Positions 1 to 12,326 of a DNA stretch of 64,000 bases are shown here, one piece after another; the stretch's first letter is position 1, and every line of letters begins with the position of its first letter. Origin of the DNA: Scyliorhinus canicula (Eukaryota); assembly GCF_902713615.1 (NCBI RefSeq), contig NC_052146.1, forward strand, positions 47,236,388 through 47,300,387. The letters run 5' to 3'. Both the position numbers and the translations under genes were made by a program. The notes under the pieces were generated by a model. That model worked only from the letters and a program-made list of their open reading frames with translations. It ran no database searches and had not been told where the DNA came from.

Positions 1-1369
1 AGACACCGGGACTATGGAGGATGTGAGGCCTACCGAAGCAGGTTGCAGCACCCCTCTCCCCCCCACCTCACTGCATTTGCACCCTCTCCCTCAAGCCCCT
101 GCACCCAGCAGATGTCTGCGGTGTAGCATGGCTCCAAACTAACGTTTCGCATTCTGCCTTCAACCCGACACGCCCTCCACCACCGTTTCAGTACTGCAGT
201 CTACTGCATGACACCCAGTGAAATACTCCCATTGAGTGCTACTGATGTTTTAAGTACAGGTTTCTTTTTTTATTTTAGCACATGGGAATTTGAAATAAGG
301 GCAAGAAACAAGCAAAGACATGCAAAAACAACAGACATACAAACAAGCACATTGATAACGAACAAAACTGCATGACTGGTCAATAAAAACAACTGTAATT
401 ACAAACAACAGATCAAATACTGACAAACTAATAACCAAATGTACACAAATGCATTTAGAGATAATATACTGCTGCAAGTAAATTGATGCCTAATACAAAA
501 GTGTCACAAAAGACGTTAAATATTAATAGTTACAGCCCAATTCATTTTGGCATAAACGACTCACATTTGCCAAACAGACATATAAATGCATTGATATGAT
601 GATAAATCCTCTCCTGGCCTTGTATTCAGCAGCTGTGAGGTTGAAGTTCTGCCTCATTTTGCTGTAGGTTTATTCGTTTCTGAGAAGAGAAGGTGCCATT
701 CGAACCCCCACCTCAGGCGGTACTGTGATCATAATCGGCTAAGACATGTATTTTCCTTTAAATTGTTCAGCATTTTCAGATGTATTGTGGTTTATTTGTG
801 GCTCTGACCTGTTGGCTATTAAGTAAACCATGTTTAGAAAACAATTTTAATGCCAAGTCCCTTTATTTTTAAAGAATTTGCCTCATGATTTATCAGATGG
901 TGCAATCGGAATTCCTGAAGAAGGGAGAATGTGGTAAATTGATATTTATATTTTATTCATTGATCTCTTCAGGCGGTGCCCATTAGGTCGTGTGTTTCAA
1001 AATTTGTTATTGAATCTTGCCACACATTTAATTGGCAATCCATAGCTGACCCAAGAAGGTGTTAATGGATCTTGTCCTTGACATGATGCAGTCCATGCGG
1101 TGATAGTGCTGTCAGGGGGAGGCAATTCCACAGTTGTAGGAACACTGAAGGAATGGTATTTTTCCATCTCAGGATGTTGGGCACTTTGGAAGAAACTTGA
1201 TCTGGGAGCACTTCTCTTTCTTAGTGATAGATGTTATGGAAGTAGGAAATGTTGTCAAACTAAGTTAAAGCTGACTGTTTTTTCCTGGATGCTGTTGAAC
1301 TTGACTCATGTAGTTGCACCCATTCATTTAAGTGCACAGACATGTGGACATACCTACTCATTGAAGCTT

Positions 1370-1930
1370 TCTGGCCTAGAAAAAGGTCATTCAGCCCATC
1401 ATGTTGGTGCCAACTGAAAAAGCCCATCTAATTGAACCGTATGCCTCTAGGTCTAAAGCTCCGTAAGTCAGAGCACTTCAAGTGTATATCCAAGCATTTT
1501 AAAAATATAATGAAAATTCTGTCTCTGCCATTCTTTTAAGCAGTAAGTTCTAGATCCCCAGCATGCGCTAGCTGAAAAAATGACACCTCAACTCCACTTT
1601 CATCCTACTGCCAGTTACCTCGAATCAATGTCCCCCTCAGTTATTGACCAAAATCACTGATATTGAATCAAACGGCATCAAGGGACCCAGTTCTGAGTCC
1701 TGTGGAACCCAACTGAAAGCAGTTTAGAACTTAGAAAAATACCCATTTATCATTAACCTTTGCTGTCTGCCAATGAGTCAACTTTGGAGGCGTATAAAAT
1801 GAAGAAGGGTCTTGACAGAATGTATAGGAAGGACCTAATCCCATTAGCAGAGAGGTCAATAATTGGGGGAACCATTGATTTCAGGTAATTGGCAGATGGA
1901 TGAGAGGGTTTTGATTCTTTCAGCCATAGA
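1370..1930. mobile_element. Degraded CR1-type LINE 3' fragments (minus then plus orientation)
   Basis: Minus-strand CR1-like tail (ggtcattcagcccatc...ttctagatcccca) followed by plus-strand gtataaaatgaagaagggtcttgacaga, resembling the CR1 ORF2 C-terminus YKIMKGLDR. Confidence 0.5.
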
Positions 1931-2320
1931 GTAAAAGTAAAGTCACCATAGTCCCAGATGACCATAGGCTGCTTTCCCATTTGAGGGGGGAGAGTTGATT
2001 GGTGGTGATTTAACCTGAGGATTACCACACCTCAGGTGAGGGGCAAGGTTGAGAAGATGGGGCCTTCACAAATAACCACAGCAATTACAGGAATTGAACC
2101 TGCGCTGTTGGCTTGGCACAGGGCTAAATCACTGGCTTTTAAAGCAGACCAAGGCAGGCCAGCAGCATGGTTCAATTCCCTACCGGCCTCCCCGAACAGG
2201 TACCGGAATGTGGCAACTAGGGGCTTTTCACAGTAAATTCATTTGAAGCTTACTTGTGACAATAAGCGATTTTCATTTCATTTCATCACAAACCAGCTTC
2301 CAATTAAGTGCGCTAAACCA
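1930..2320 (-). mobile_element. tRNA-head SINE interrupted by a short SINE
   Basis: Reverse-complement tRNA-like head (ggaattgaacctgcgctgttgg ... gcgctaaacc) split by the element at 2108-2286. Confidence 0.5.
2108..2286 (+). mobile_element. Short tRNA-derived SINE with (ATTTC)n tail
   Basis: Head ggcacagggctaaat...ggttcaattccc, then ccgaacagg-accggaatgtggc-actaggggcttttcacagtaa; same family at 5428, 26766, 50676 and 55156. Confidence 0.8.
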
Positions 2321-2476
2321 TAGAGTGGGGGGGACCAGGAACTCATCACCTGAAAGAGTGGTAGAGGCAGAGCCTTCATTACACTTTTCCCTTCAACTCC
2401 ACAAACGTTTAATTTTTTGACCAGTCTGTCATGAGAAACTTGTCAAAAGCCTTGCTGGACCACATCAAACACACTG

Positions 2477-2610
2477 GGCAGGATTCTCCGACCCCTTGCC
2501 AGCGTGAATCCCGCTTCGCCGCTCCGATGCCGGCTGCCGAATTAACTGGCGACGGTTTTCTGGCGGGGGCTGGGGATCGCGCCGCGCTGGTCGGGGGCCG
2601 TAGGCAGTGG
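2477..2610. mobile_element. Harbinger-type MITE, 5' fragment
   Basis: Begins with TIR gggcaggattctcc, shared with the other MITEs in the window; truncated. Confidence 0.6.
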
Positions 2611-2950
2611 CCAAGAATCTATCCATCTCAGACTTAAATGTGCACAAAGATTCTGCCCGCACAGCTTTCAGTGGCAAGGAGTTCCAAAGATTCATAATCC
2701 TCTGAGAGACGTATTTCCTTCTCATCTCAGTCTTAAACTGGCACCCTTTTATTCTGAGACTATTCCCTCTGGTCCTGGACTGTCCCATGAGGGGAAGCAT
2801 CCTCTCAGCATTTACCCTGTCAAGCCACTTAACAATCCCAAAAGTTCCAATGAGATCACTCCGCCCGATCGCTGATTACAAAGTTTCAATGTGACCACTT
2901 CTTATTCTTCTAAATTCCAATCAGTCCCATCCTGTTTAGCCTTTGCTCAT
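2610..2950 (-). mobile_element. CR1 LINE ORF2 C-terminal fragment
   Basis: Translation TRGNSLRIKGCQFKTEMRRKYVSQRIMNLWNSLP...FKSEMDRFL matches the conserved CR1 ORF2 end. Confidence 0.85.
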
Positions 2951-3007
2951 AAGACAATTTGTACCAACCACTGCCCTGCTCTGGCAGTCTTGGTGTTGGT
3001 CGATTTG

Positions 3008-3587
3008 GGGCTGGATTCTCTGATTTTGGGGCTATGTCTGGAGGATCCGTGGCATTTTATATGGGAAAAATCGGCGCGACCCCAGCACCGAACGTCTGAC
3101 CAGTGAGGGGATAGCAGCCATGCCATGTAAAATGCATGGCCTTCCCGATACAAATGCCTGGAGAATTGCCGGGTCCATGGCTGCGCATGCGCACGGCAAT
3201 GACCCGTACAACATGGCGCCGGCCGTGTGCAGACCCAACCTGCCAAACACTGCTCCCCTGGACCCCCCCGCCTGTCCCCCCAGCCCTCGCCGAAGCCACA
3301 CACCCCCAGCCAGCAGGATGCGCTCAACTGTTGCTGGCGCTGGGCACAGTCCGCAGTTGCCACCCTGGGTTCCCGACTGTTGAGACCACACGACCCCTCG
3401 CACGATCGGGAATTCGGCCCACTGGAGGCGGAGCATTGGGGGAGGGCCTTGACGTGACATCCTGAGGCCGTCCCAACGGCGTGTATCATACTCCCCGATG
3501 ACGCCGTTTTGGAGGGGGTGGAGCATCCGAAAACAGGCCTGTTTTCATCGTAAAAAGGGATTCTCATCCTGATCACTGATTACGAAA
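3008..3587 (-). mobile_element. Harbinger-type MITE (family of 6472 and 7593, opposite orientation, one end lost)
   Basis: TIR gggctggattctc; body is the reverse complement of 6472-7137. Confidence 0.8.
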
Positions 3588-3596
3588 TTGGGCTTT

Positions 3597-4624
3597 TGGT
3601 GAGTGGTGATACTCAGGAGTGTGTCCTCAAGGACAATATTTCCAAGAGTGATGGAATCTGTGATTTCAAAGCTTGTATCTTTTTGAGAAGGGCCTAACTG
3701 AAAAGGGGAGCCAAAAAGGGAAACCGAGACAATAAGCTGTCCCTCCCAGTTTCTAAGGAAATGAAAGCCCAAGCTGTGATTGCAAACCAAAACCTCCGGG
3801 GAGACTGAACCTAGTTGAAAGCATATAAAAAGACGCAGATAGATCCAAGCTCTGTACTCACTGATGCTACCAGTGCAGATAGGCAAGCGGAAAAACAGAA
3901 AGGCTAGATTCAGAAGCGGAGAATAAGCAAACATAGTTGCTGTAGCTGTTTTTGTTACTAGTTGATGACATTGGTGGATCTACATTATCCAAACTGTCAT
4001 TTGCAGAATTGAGGAGGTCCTGCAGGCGAGTGCCATTTGTAGTGAAGGCTATGCCCATTGAACTAGAGTTGAATGCATATTGCTGTCAACTGACGATCAA
4101 GTTAAGACATACAAGAGGAGCTGAAATTCTTTGTGAGGAAGACAAAGATTTGAAGGAACTTTGTGACTGAGATTGGTTGCACATAAGCTGATTGGACTGC
4201 TGAGCCAATTAGTAAGATACTTATTGTGGTATTTGCCACGTAAAGTGCAATTTATATTTTAAACTGACTGCAATTTACCTGTTAATTCATGTTTAACGTA
4301 TGTTAAATTTAGAGTGCAGAGGAGTAGCTGAGGTAATAGCTGGAATTCCCCTTTGGGGGTCCACCCCCTCACCGCTGCCAGCGAGGACAGAGAATTTGGC
4401 GCTCAACCAAATCTCCCATACACTGCAGAGGGGCCAGAGAGTCCCGCTGCCGTGAACGGACGGAAAATCCCATCCAATACCTCATGTTTGCCTTGTTTGA
4501 CTCTTGTATATTAAATAATCTCTGGTTTAGGCCGTGGAACTTTGTGGGTTCATTCTTTCAGTAAATAACTTGGATTCTGGATTTCTTCTTTTTTAAAGTT
4601 ACTGATCTGAACCTGGATCATAAC
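3597..4624 (+). mobile_element. Possible old solo LTR interrupted by a small MITE (about 4340-4477)
   Basis: TGT-like start and ...ggatcataac end resembling the cataaca end of the 47208 LTR; no clear TSD. Confidence 0.3.
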
Positions 4625-5199
4625 TCAAATAAAACAACAGCATAAACAAGACAGCTTTTAACTGATGCTGCTAGGTATGGTGGAGAGGAGAGGAAAAATA
4701 AATTATAGCTCAGAAAAGTGGAGTGTGTGGAGGAACATTTTAAAGCTTACTGATTTGAATTTTTAAATTGGAAAAGCTCCCTTGTCCAGAGGAAAATAAT
4801 CACATGGAAATCTTAAATTGAGATGACCACGAAAGCTCTGTATTTACCAACCACAAGGTATTGAACTTGTGCAGTTAAGCAAGGACCATATTATTTCAGC
4901 CAGCAGGATTGCGACAACCAGGAGACGTACACTACTAGTTATTGGTCTGAGGTCTGTCCCTGCTTGCCAAGATACTCCACTACGGATAAATGCTACATCT
5001 CATTTACAACGCAACTAGAACAACCAAATTGAGACTACACTCATGGCCAGAAACTAAAGAGGTGGAAATATCTAATAAAATGTTGAAGCACAACCCTACT
5101 TCCAGAGCTATTTCCATCACTCCTATTATCTGCTCACTGATGGGCACAGTCCATTTATTTAGCTAGCCTCACTGAACTTGGATAATTAGCAAGTATGTC

Positions 5200-5400
5200 T
5201 ATCAATGGCCTTTCCTTAAAGAGGCATCAGCAGAGATTTCAAGATTGCCATGACCTTGGTGTGCCAAAGGACTTTTTGATATCGACCTTAAATGGCCCAG
5301 CTCTAATTTTATGCCCCCTTGTTCAGAGCTTCCCCCATTGAAGAAAATATCTATCTCTATATATACCCCATCAAATCCTGTGATCATCTTAAATATCTCT
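5200..5400 (-). mobile_element. Degraded CR1 LINE 3' fragment
   Basis: Minus frame gives ...FKMITGFDGV..., a CR1 ORF2 C-terminal remnant. Confidence 0.55.
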
Positions 5401-5427
5401 ACTAGAAAACCCTATCCACTAGATAAA

Positions 5428-5601
5428 GGGGCTAGTTTAGCACAGTGGGCTAAACAGCTGGCTTGTAATGCAGAACAAGGCAGCAGCACGGGTTCAATTC
5501 CTGTACCAGTCTCCCTGAACAGGCGCCGGAATGTGGTGACTAGGGGCTTTTCACAGTAACTTTGTTGAAGCCTACTTGTGGCAATAAGCAATTATTATTA
5601 T
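5428..5601 (+). mobile_element. Short tRNA-derived SINE
   Basis: gggctagtttagcacagtgggctaaacagctgg...gggttcaattcc head, shared tail and (ATT)n end. Confidence 0.85.
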
Positions 5602-6333
5602 AACCCTTGATCTTCCATCTGTTTTTTTGCACAATATTCAATCCCAGAATAATCTCTTCACTCATGATCCTGGTCTGTTCCTTTGCTTATCAAGATTTAA
5701 ATGCTATGTACATTTATTGTTGACCTATTATCAAATTACAACAGAGACCATTCTGATCAATTAGTGTGAAAAAGTGGTTTAATCTCCCCACTAAAAGGAG
5801 GCATTTAAAAATGAGTTTAACATACTGTTGCATAGAACTGAAATTCTCCTCCATTTTTTCCTTTAATAAACATGTTGGTTCCTCTTTCCAGCACAGGTAA
5901 TCCTCGTAACTAGCCCAGGTGGCTATTTGACCCCATTGTCAAGTTGATCGATGAGATGAGCTTCTCAGCAATCCCAGTCCTGTCCTCGCTCAAGGTCCAC
6001 ACTTGCACTTGCAACAGAGGTCACTGCTTGATGTCCCCTCCCTAACACATGGGCATTGACCCCCATTTGTACCACTCCTACTTCCAGTCCTGCTAAACTC
6101 CACACAGATCAGCACTGCATCGAGTGCTTTGCAGTCTGCAAGGTTCAGCGACTTACTGCATAAACTCATACAGACAGGAATGTTCCTTCGAACAAATCCT
6201 TAAATATATATTCCCCAGATGCCTTTCAGAGAAAGTTAAACAGAGAAATACTTGAAAGCAAAAGCATGAAGGAACTAAATTTATATCAGTATTAGCATAT
6301 GGGTATCAACCCAGGGTATTTTATAAATCCATT

Positions 6334-6797
6334 AAAAGCAAAATACTGTGGATGCTGGAAATCTGAAATAAAAGACAAAAAATCTTGATAGGCTCAGCAG
6401 ATCTGGCCGTATATATGGAGAGAGAAATAGTGTTAACGTTTCAAATCCAAATGGCCTTTTACAGGAACTCTGGGCTGGATTCTCCGATCACCGATGCTGA
6501 AATCGCATTCGGTAATCGGCAGGAGGATCCATTTTTGCACCGGAACCAGGGACGGCACCGTTTTCCCACTGCTCCACCCCCTCAAACACGGCATACTCAA
6601 TGAGTATGTGGCATGGCGTTGGGACGGCCTCAGGACGTCAGCTGAGGTCCTCCCCCGATGCTCCGCCCCTGATGGGCCAGGTTCCCGATGGCGTGGGGCA
6701 CGTGTGCTCAGTTTGCGGGGACCTCACGTGGCGGCTGCGGACTGTGTCCAGCGCCACCACAGTCAGGGTGGGGGAGAACTGTTCCGCTGGTGGTGGT

Positions 6798-6831
<34 letters not shown>

Positions 6832-7190
6832 CTGCTACGGGAGCTGGGGGGACTGGTGGAGGGGGTTGGTCTGAGGGTGGCGAATAGGATTACAGGTTTT
6901 TGGCAGGCCGGGTCTGCATGCGGCCGGCGCCATGTTGTGCAGTGCGGCCGTCACGCCCGTGCATGGCCACAGACCCAGCCATTCTGCGTCCGTATCTGCA
7001 GGTAAAACCAGGCGCTTAACGTGGCGTGGCTGCTAGCCCCCCACCGGGCGGAGCATCGGTGAGGAGCAGCGCTGACGTTTGAGCGTAAGACCAGACGGAT
7101 CCCGTGGACATAGCTGCAGAATCGGAGAATCCAGCCTTTCTCCACAGGTGCTGCAAGACCTGTTGGCTTTATGCAGCATTTTCTATCTTT
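6334..7190. repeat. Palindromic Penelope-type repeat split by a MITE
   Basis: Left arm aaaagcaaaatactgtggatgctggaaatctgaaat (6334-6470); right arm tctccacaggtgctgcaagacctg (7138-7190). Confidence 0.55.
6472..7137 (+). mobile_element. Harbinger-type MITE
   Basis: TIRs gggctggattctccga / tcggagaatccagcct; GC-rich non-coding body with a long G run. Confidence 0.9.
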
Positions 7191-7235
7191 TATCGATCAC
7201 TTCGCTTTGTCTGTGTACATTAATTTTGTTTATAA

Positions 7236-7454
7236 ATTTAGAGCACCCAATCAATTATTTTTTTTTCCAATTAAGGGGCAATTTAGCATGGCCAATCCAC
7301 CTAACCTGCACATCTTTAGGGTTGTGGGGACGAAACCCACGCAGACACGGGGAGAATGTGCAAACTCCACGTGGACAGTGACCCAGAGCCGGGATCGAAC
7401 CTGGGACCTCAGCGCCGCAGTCCCAGTGCTAACCCCTGCGCCACCGTGCTGCCC
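7236..7454 (-). mobile_element. HE1-like V-SINE, short variant
   Basis: Reverse complement of the gggcagcacggtggc tRNA head plus aggttaggtggattggccatgctaaattgccc. Confidence 0.85.
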
Positions 7455-7592
7455 AACTCCTTTAGCTCCTTCCCGGTGTCACGGTCGGCAGTTCAACCTA
7501 TTCACTTTCATTCACCATTGAAACAAAAATATTTCACAGAATTATTTTTAATGCTAAAGAAATGTGGCGGAATACTCCATTCCTGAGACTTA

Positions 7593-8181
7593 AGGCTGGA
7601 TTCTCCGATTGCCGACGCCGACATCAAATTCGGCGATTGGCTGGAAAATCTGTTTTGATGCCGAAATCGGGGGCGGTGCCGTATTTCGGATGCACCGTTC
7701 CCTCAAAAATGGCGTCATTGTTGAGTACACCGCACGCCTTTGGGATGACCTCAGGACACCACCTGAGGCCCTCTCACGATGCTCCGCCTCCGATGGCCCG
7801 ACTTCCTGACGGCGTGGGACACGTGTGTCACAGTTTTCAGGGACCTTGGGTGACGGCTGGGGACTTTGTCCAGCGCCGCCACAGTCGGGGGGGGGGGGGG
7901 GAGAGAGAGGAGGAGCCATTCCGCTGGCTGAGGGAGGCTTCGGCAGGGGCTGGTGGAGGCTGACGAGGGGGATTAGATGGGGGTACAATCTGGCATGCGC
8001 ATGCGTGACCACGGACCTGACAATTCTCCGTCTGTATCTGCTGGTAAATGCGGGGGCTTTATGTGGCGTGGCTGCTAGCCCCCCACCGGGCGGAGCTTCG
8101 GTGAGTGGGCGCTGCCGACCTTTTGGTTGTAAGACGAGACAGATTCTCTGGACATAGCCTCAAAATTGGAGAATCCAGCCC
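7593..8181 (+). mobile_element. Harbinger-type MITE nested near the TIR of a larger Harbinger element
   Basis: TIRs aggctggattctccga / ttggagaatccagccc; homologous to 6472-7137. Confidence 0.9.
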
Positions 8182-8376
8182 TACAAATGTTGACGCCAGG
8201 GCAGGATTCACGGAGTTCTATGAAAGCAAAACTGTCGCCGCAGTTAGACCACTTCATCAACCATTGAGGGGCGAGCACCAGTGCGGCGTGGAACACGATC
8301 AATTCCAATGAGAAATCGTGCAGGATTCGCGATTGACAGTCAGATGGCCGACAAGCTGAGCCGCTTATACAACTCA

Positions 8377-10240
8377 TTTTACAGACACCGAGCTTGAGAC
8401 TCCTCCTGCAGCACGCCACGAAGGAGAGGTGGGCGACCCTGTACCTCGGCCCGGGAGGAAACCTGTACCACAGCCCAGGAGGGACCTTGTACCCCGGCCC
8501 AGGAAGAACCCTATAGCCCAGCCCGGGAGGGACCCTGTACCCCAGCCCGGGAAGAACCCTATAGCCCAGCCCGGGAGGGACCCTGTACCCCAGCCCGGGA
8601 GGGACCCTGTACCCCAGCCCGGGAGGGACCCTGTACCCCAGCCCGGGAGGGACCCTGTACCCCAGCCCGGGAGGGACCCTGTACCCCAGCACGGGAGGGA
8701 CCCTGTACCCCAGCCCGGGAGGGACTCTGTACCCCAGCCCGGGAGGGAACCTGTACCCCAGCCCGGGAGGGAACCTGTACCCCAGCCCGGGAGGGACGCT
8801 GTACCCCGGCCCGGGAGGGACCCTGTACCCCGGCCCGGGAAGAACCCTGTACCCCAGCCCAGGAGGGACCCTGTACCCCAGCCCGGGAGGGACCCTGTAC
8901 CACAGCCCGGGAGGGACCCTGTACCCCGGCCCGGGAAGAGCCCTGTACCCCAGCCTGGGAAGGACCCTGTACACCGGCCCGGGATGAACCTATAGCCCAG
9001 CCCGGGAGGGACCCTGTACCCCGGCCTGGGACGGACCCTGTACCCCAGCCCAGGAAGAAACCTGTACACCGGCCCGAATGGGACCCTGCACCCCAGCCCG
9101 GGAATGACCCTGTACCCCGGGAGAGACCCTGTACCCCGGCCCGGGAACGACCCTATAGCCCAGCCAGGGAAGGTCCCTGTACCCTGCCCGGGAAGTTCCC
9201 TGAACCACGACCTGGGAGGGACCCAGTACCCAGCCCGGGAAGGACCCTGTACCCCAGCCCGGGAACGACCCTGTACCCCGGGAGGGACCCTGTACCCAGC
9301 CCGGGAAGAACCCTGTACCCCAGCCCAGTAGGGACCCTGTACCCCAGCCCGGGAAGGACCCTATAGCCCAGCCCAGGAAGGTCCTGTATCCCGGCCCGGG
9401 AGGGATCCTGTACCCCGGCCCGGCAACGACACTGTACCTGGGCCCGGGAAGGTCACTGTACCCCATACCAGAATCGACCCAATACCCCAGCCCGGGAAGG
9501 TCCCTGTACCCCAGCCCAGGAAGAACCCTGTACCCGGCACGGGACGGACCCTGTACCCCAGCCCAGGAGGGACCTTGTACCCAGTCCAGGAAGAACCCTG
9601 TGCCCCGGCTCGGGAAGGACCCTGTACCCCAGCCCAGGAAGGTCCCTGTACCCCGGCCTGGGAGGGACCCTGTACCCCAGCCCAGGAGGGACCCTGTACC
9701 CAGTCCAGGAAGAACCCTGTGCCCCGGCTCGGGAAGGACCCTGTACCCCAGCCCAGGAACGTCCCTGTACCCCAGGCCCGCGCAGGTGGCAGAAGCACTA
9801 TGATCTGCGAGCAACACTATCCGGACCCCCAGCAGTGCCGAACGAAACTGCACAACTTCCACAGGGCACCCAGGATGAGTAGGCAGCAGTGTGCCCCTGG
9901 CACCAACCCCTGTCCCACACACCTGGAACCCTATCTCCCCCATAAGCAGGATGGCTGAACCCCCACCCTGCACCATATACCAGCCACCATGCTCGGGTGC
10001 CCTGGCCACTGAAACCACCAGCCACCCACCGCTTGGGCTGCATGCATCAGACTGTCTAACACTGTGTGTTTTCTGTTTCTCTCCCTTGGGAGAAGGCCAC
10101 CCATAAACGCCGGGAGCGGGAAGACTGGTGAGGGACCTCCGGACCTGGGCCCCTCACCGCAGCATGGTTGTCAGACCTGAGGAAAGGGCAGTCACCGGGG
10201 TGGAGGTTGTCATCGTGCGAGAAAATGAGACCCCGTTGAG
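8377..10240 (+). pseudogene. Harbinger Myb/SANT-like DNA-binding protein pseudogene
   Basis: FTDTELET..LL..ERWATLY [minisatellite] QVAEAL*SASNTIRT..QQCRTKLHNFHRAPR, then a degenerate intron, then EKATHKRRER..KTGEGPPDLGPLT. These are typical Harbinger ORF1/MSANTD motifs with frameshifts and stops. Confidence 0.8.
8435..9775. repeat. 24-bp minisatellite (GACCCTGTACCCCAGCCCGGGAGG)n, roughly 55 copies
   Basis: Directly visible tandem array giving 8-aa periodic ORFs; nearly homogeneous at 8520-8990 and more diverged to the right. Confidence 0.97.
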
Positions 10241-10534
10241 TTGCGGTTCCCCATGGCACGTGTATCAACCACCACCCTCACACACCCGCTCCACCACCAC
10301 GACCACCCCTACACACACACACCCCCAAACACACCACACTCACCACTGCCTAACACACCCACCTTCCCCCCCTCCCCAACATACCCCCACCACCCCAATT
10401 CCGCCCCCCCCCCCCATCCCCGGTCTAATCATGTGACCTGTCTCGTGTTTTGCAGGACCAGCTGGTAATGGGGACGGCCCTTCTGGTGTCGCCCGCCCCC
10501 CCACCCAGATAAGTCGCACTGTCCCCAGCCCAGC

Positions 10535-10830
10535 CAGAGTCTTCAATGGCATAGCCTGTCCAGCAGGTCCTTGAATGACAGCTGCTGCTGGTACACACGA
10601 GGCCTCACACTGCATCTCCTTTACACCTCCCCCTCTTCCTCCCCGGCTTGTTGGGTGGCCAGCTCTCCATCCTCAGCGACTGCCTTCTCTTCCTCTGGGA
10701 CAGCCTCCTCTGCTGCAGCTTCCTCCTCCTGGAACATCTCCGGCTCGTACAGCCTCAGTGCATCCCCCAGGACTGCAGTGACTAGGAGGAAGGCCACCAT
10801 TGCTGGTTATATTCCAATATCCAGTGTCTG
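10535..10830 (-). pseudogene. HARBI1-like transposase N-terminal remnant
   Basis: Acidic stretch followed by RRCSVRPRVYQQQLSFKDLLDRLCH*RL, resembling the Harbinger transposase RPRVYR...S..D....C.RRLRL motif. Confidence 0.7.
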
Positions 10831-12326
10831 CAGGGGGGTGAAAGGCAAATACGTTAGCATGGTGCATATCCCCTTGCCCAACAAGGTCCATCAGGCCACA
10901 CGGTAGCCCCGATTGACACTGCGGACTCTGCCCCCACATGACCCCCCCCCACCCCTCCCCCACTCCCGCACCCCTTGCCCCATCGGTGCCCACCACCGTG
11001 AGGATCTCTGGTCCTGGTGCCCCATTTCTGATGCCGGGGTACCATCAGTTGGCATTGCCCATACCAATGGTACTTTCTGCAGCCCCCGTCCAGCATCCCC
11101 ACCCCCCCCTGTAGAGGCTACTGTGGGCTTTGCCTTTGGTTGGGCCACGTGATGCTCCACTGGAGGGTGGTGCTTGGGGGGGAATGTATGGTGGAGTGTG
11201 GGTTATGGGTTGATGGGCTATGGGTACCCATGTGGCCGGTGGTACTCTGCAGAACCAAGGCCAAGGTGGGTGGTCAGTGGGATGCGCAGCACGATGACTG
11301 CCTTGCAGCCTACGGCAATGCTGGTCCTTGCCTGGACACCGCCCAGTCTCGTGGGGGGACACCCTGCCCTACACGCATCCCCTGTTATTCCCCCCCCCCC
11401 CCCCCCACCCACTCCTAGCCCTGTCAGGGCCTCTTCCCCTGAACCCCAGCCTGCCCGGCCAGTCTCAGGACCAGCAGCTCACAGTTGTGCCTCTGCATGT
11501 CCTACCTCCTCTCTCTCCCTCATCAGCCATGGTGCCTGTTTCTCGATTTTTAAAAGCACGAGGGAACCTCGCTGTCGGGAATTTCCCTTGTGGAGGCGGA
11601 GGATCGCGGAAGCCCTGGCGAATACCAGGTCAGGCCCGCTAATGATATGCCAATGGCGTTTACTGTACGTGCAGAATGGAACGCATTGACGCCCATGTCG
11701 TGGCACCGGAGAACCGCGCCCGCCACAATTTCGGCATCAGAACCGATTCTCCGCCCAATTGCATTTCCCGATTCCGCCGTTGGGCAACGAATAATCCCCA
11801 AGAACTCTTTGCAATCTTTTTTGATGCAGGTGACAGAGACATTGTCTCTGCCAGCGTACCCTGTTCAGGCTTAACACCTGGAGGAATGACTAGAAAGGTT
11901 GGCGATACAATTTGAGAAATATTATATTTTTGCCATAGTTTAATCAAGCTCTTGATCCAAGTGAAACATTCCTTGGAGTATGTGTTCAACCATATCGGTA
12001 TCATCTGTGCAGATTACCGACTGCAGGTACTGTGAAATGAGTTTGACGTCACAGTTAAATTGTATTATTTTCTATTCCACAGCTATTAGATGCAGCGCCA
12101 CATTAAAGAATGCGGGAATTCATTACAGCGCCAATAAAAGCAGCAATTGAGCAAATTCAATTATTAATCCAAATGATGAGGTAAGCACAGAAGAAAAATG
12201 GAGAATGAGAAGACCATGTGGCGGCTTTAACTGACCCAGTGAAACATTCAGAGAGGTTTTCCCTATTGCCTCAAAAATTAATTAACACCACCCCAGACCA
12301 TGCATTTAACTTTGTGCCACACATTT

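Larger units (their letters stand above)
7565..11799. mobile_element. Internally deleted PIF/Harbinger transposon with Myb/SANT and transposase remnants
   Basis: Degenerate TIR ggcggaatactcc at left and gaataatcccc at right. Contains plus-strand Myb/SANT exons and a minus-strand transposase N-terminus in convergent layout, plus a nested MITE at 7593-8181. Confidence 0.7.

Noticed and set aside
5428-5510. tRNA genes
   Set aside because: All tRNA-like sequences are SINE heads continuing into SINE bodies; no standalone cloverleaf seen.
6797-6831. Long G/C homopolymers throughout the window as functional G4 elements
   Set aside because: Mostly inside repeats; lengths are unreliable because of slippage or sequencing error.
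8435-9775. CRISPR-like array
   Set aside because: Units are head-to-tail with no unique spacers, there are no cas genes, and the context is eukaryotic.
8075-10018. Long ORFs of 188-342 aa with PGLGYRVP or PGRDPVPQ repeats
   Set aside because: Products of a stop-free 24-bp minisatellite that is open on both strands; not evidence of a gene.
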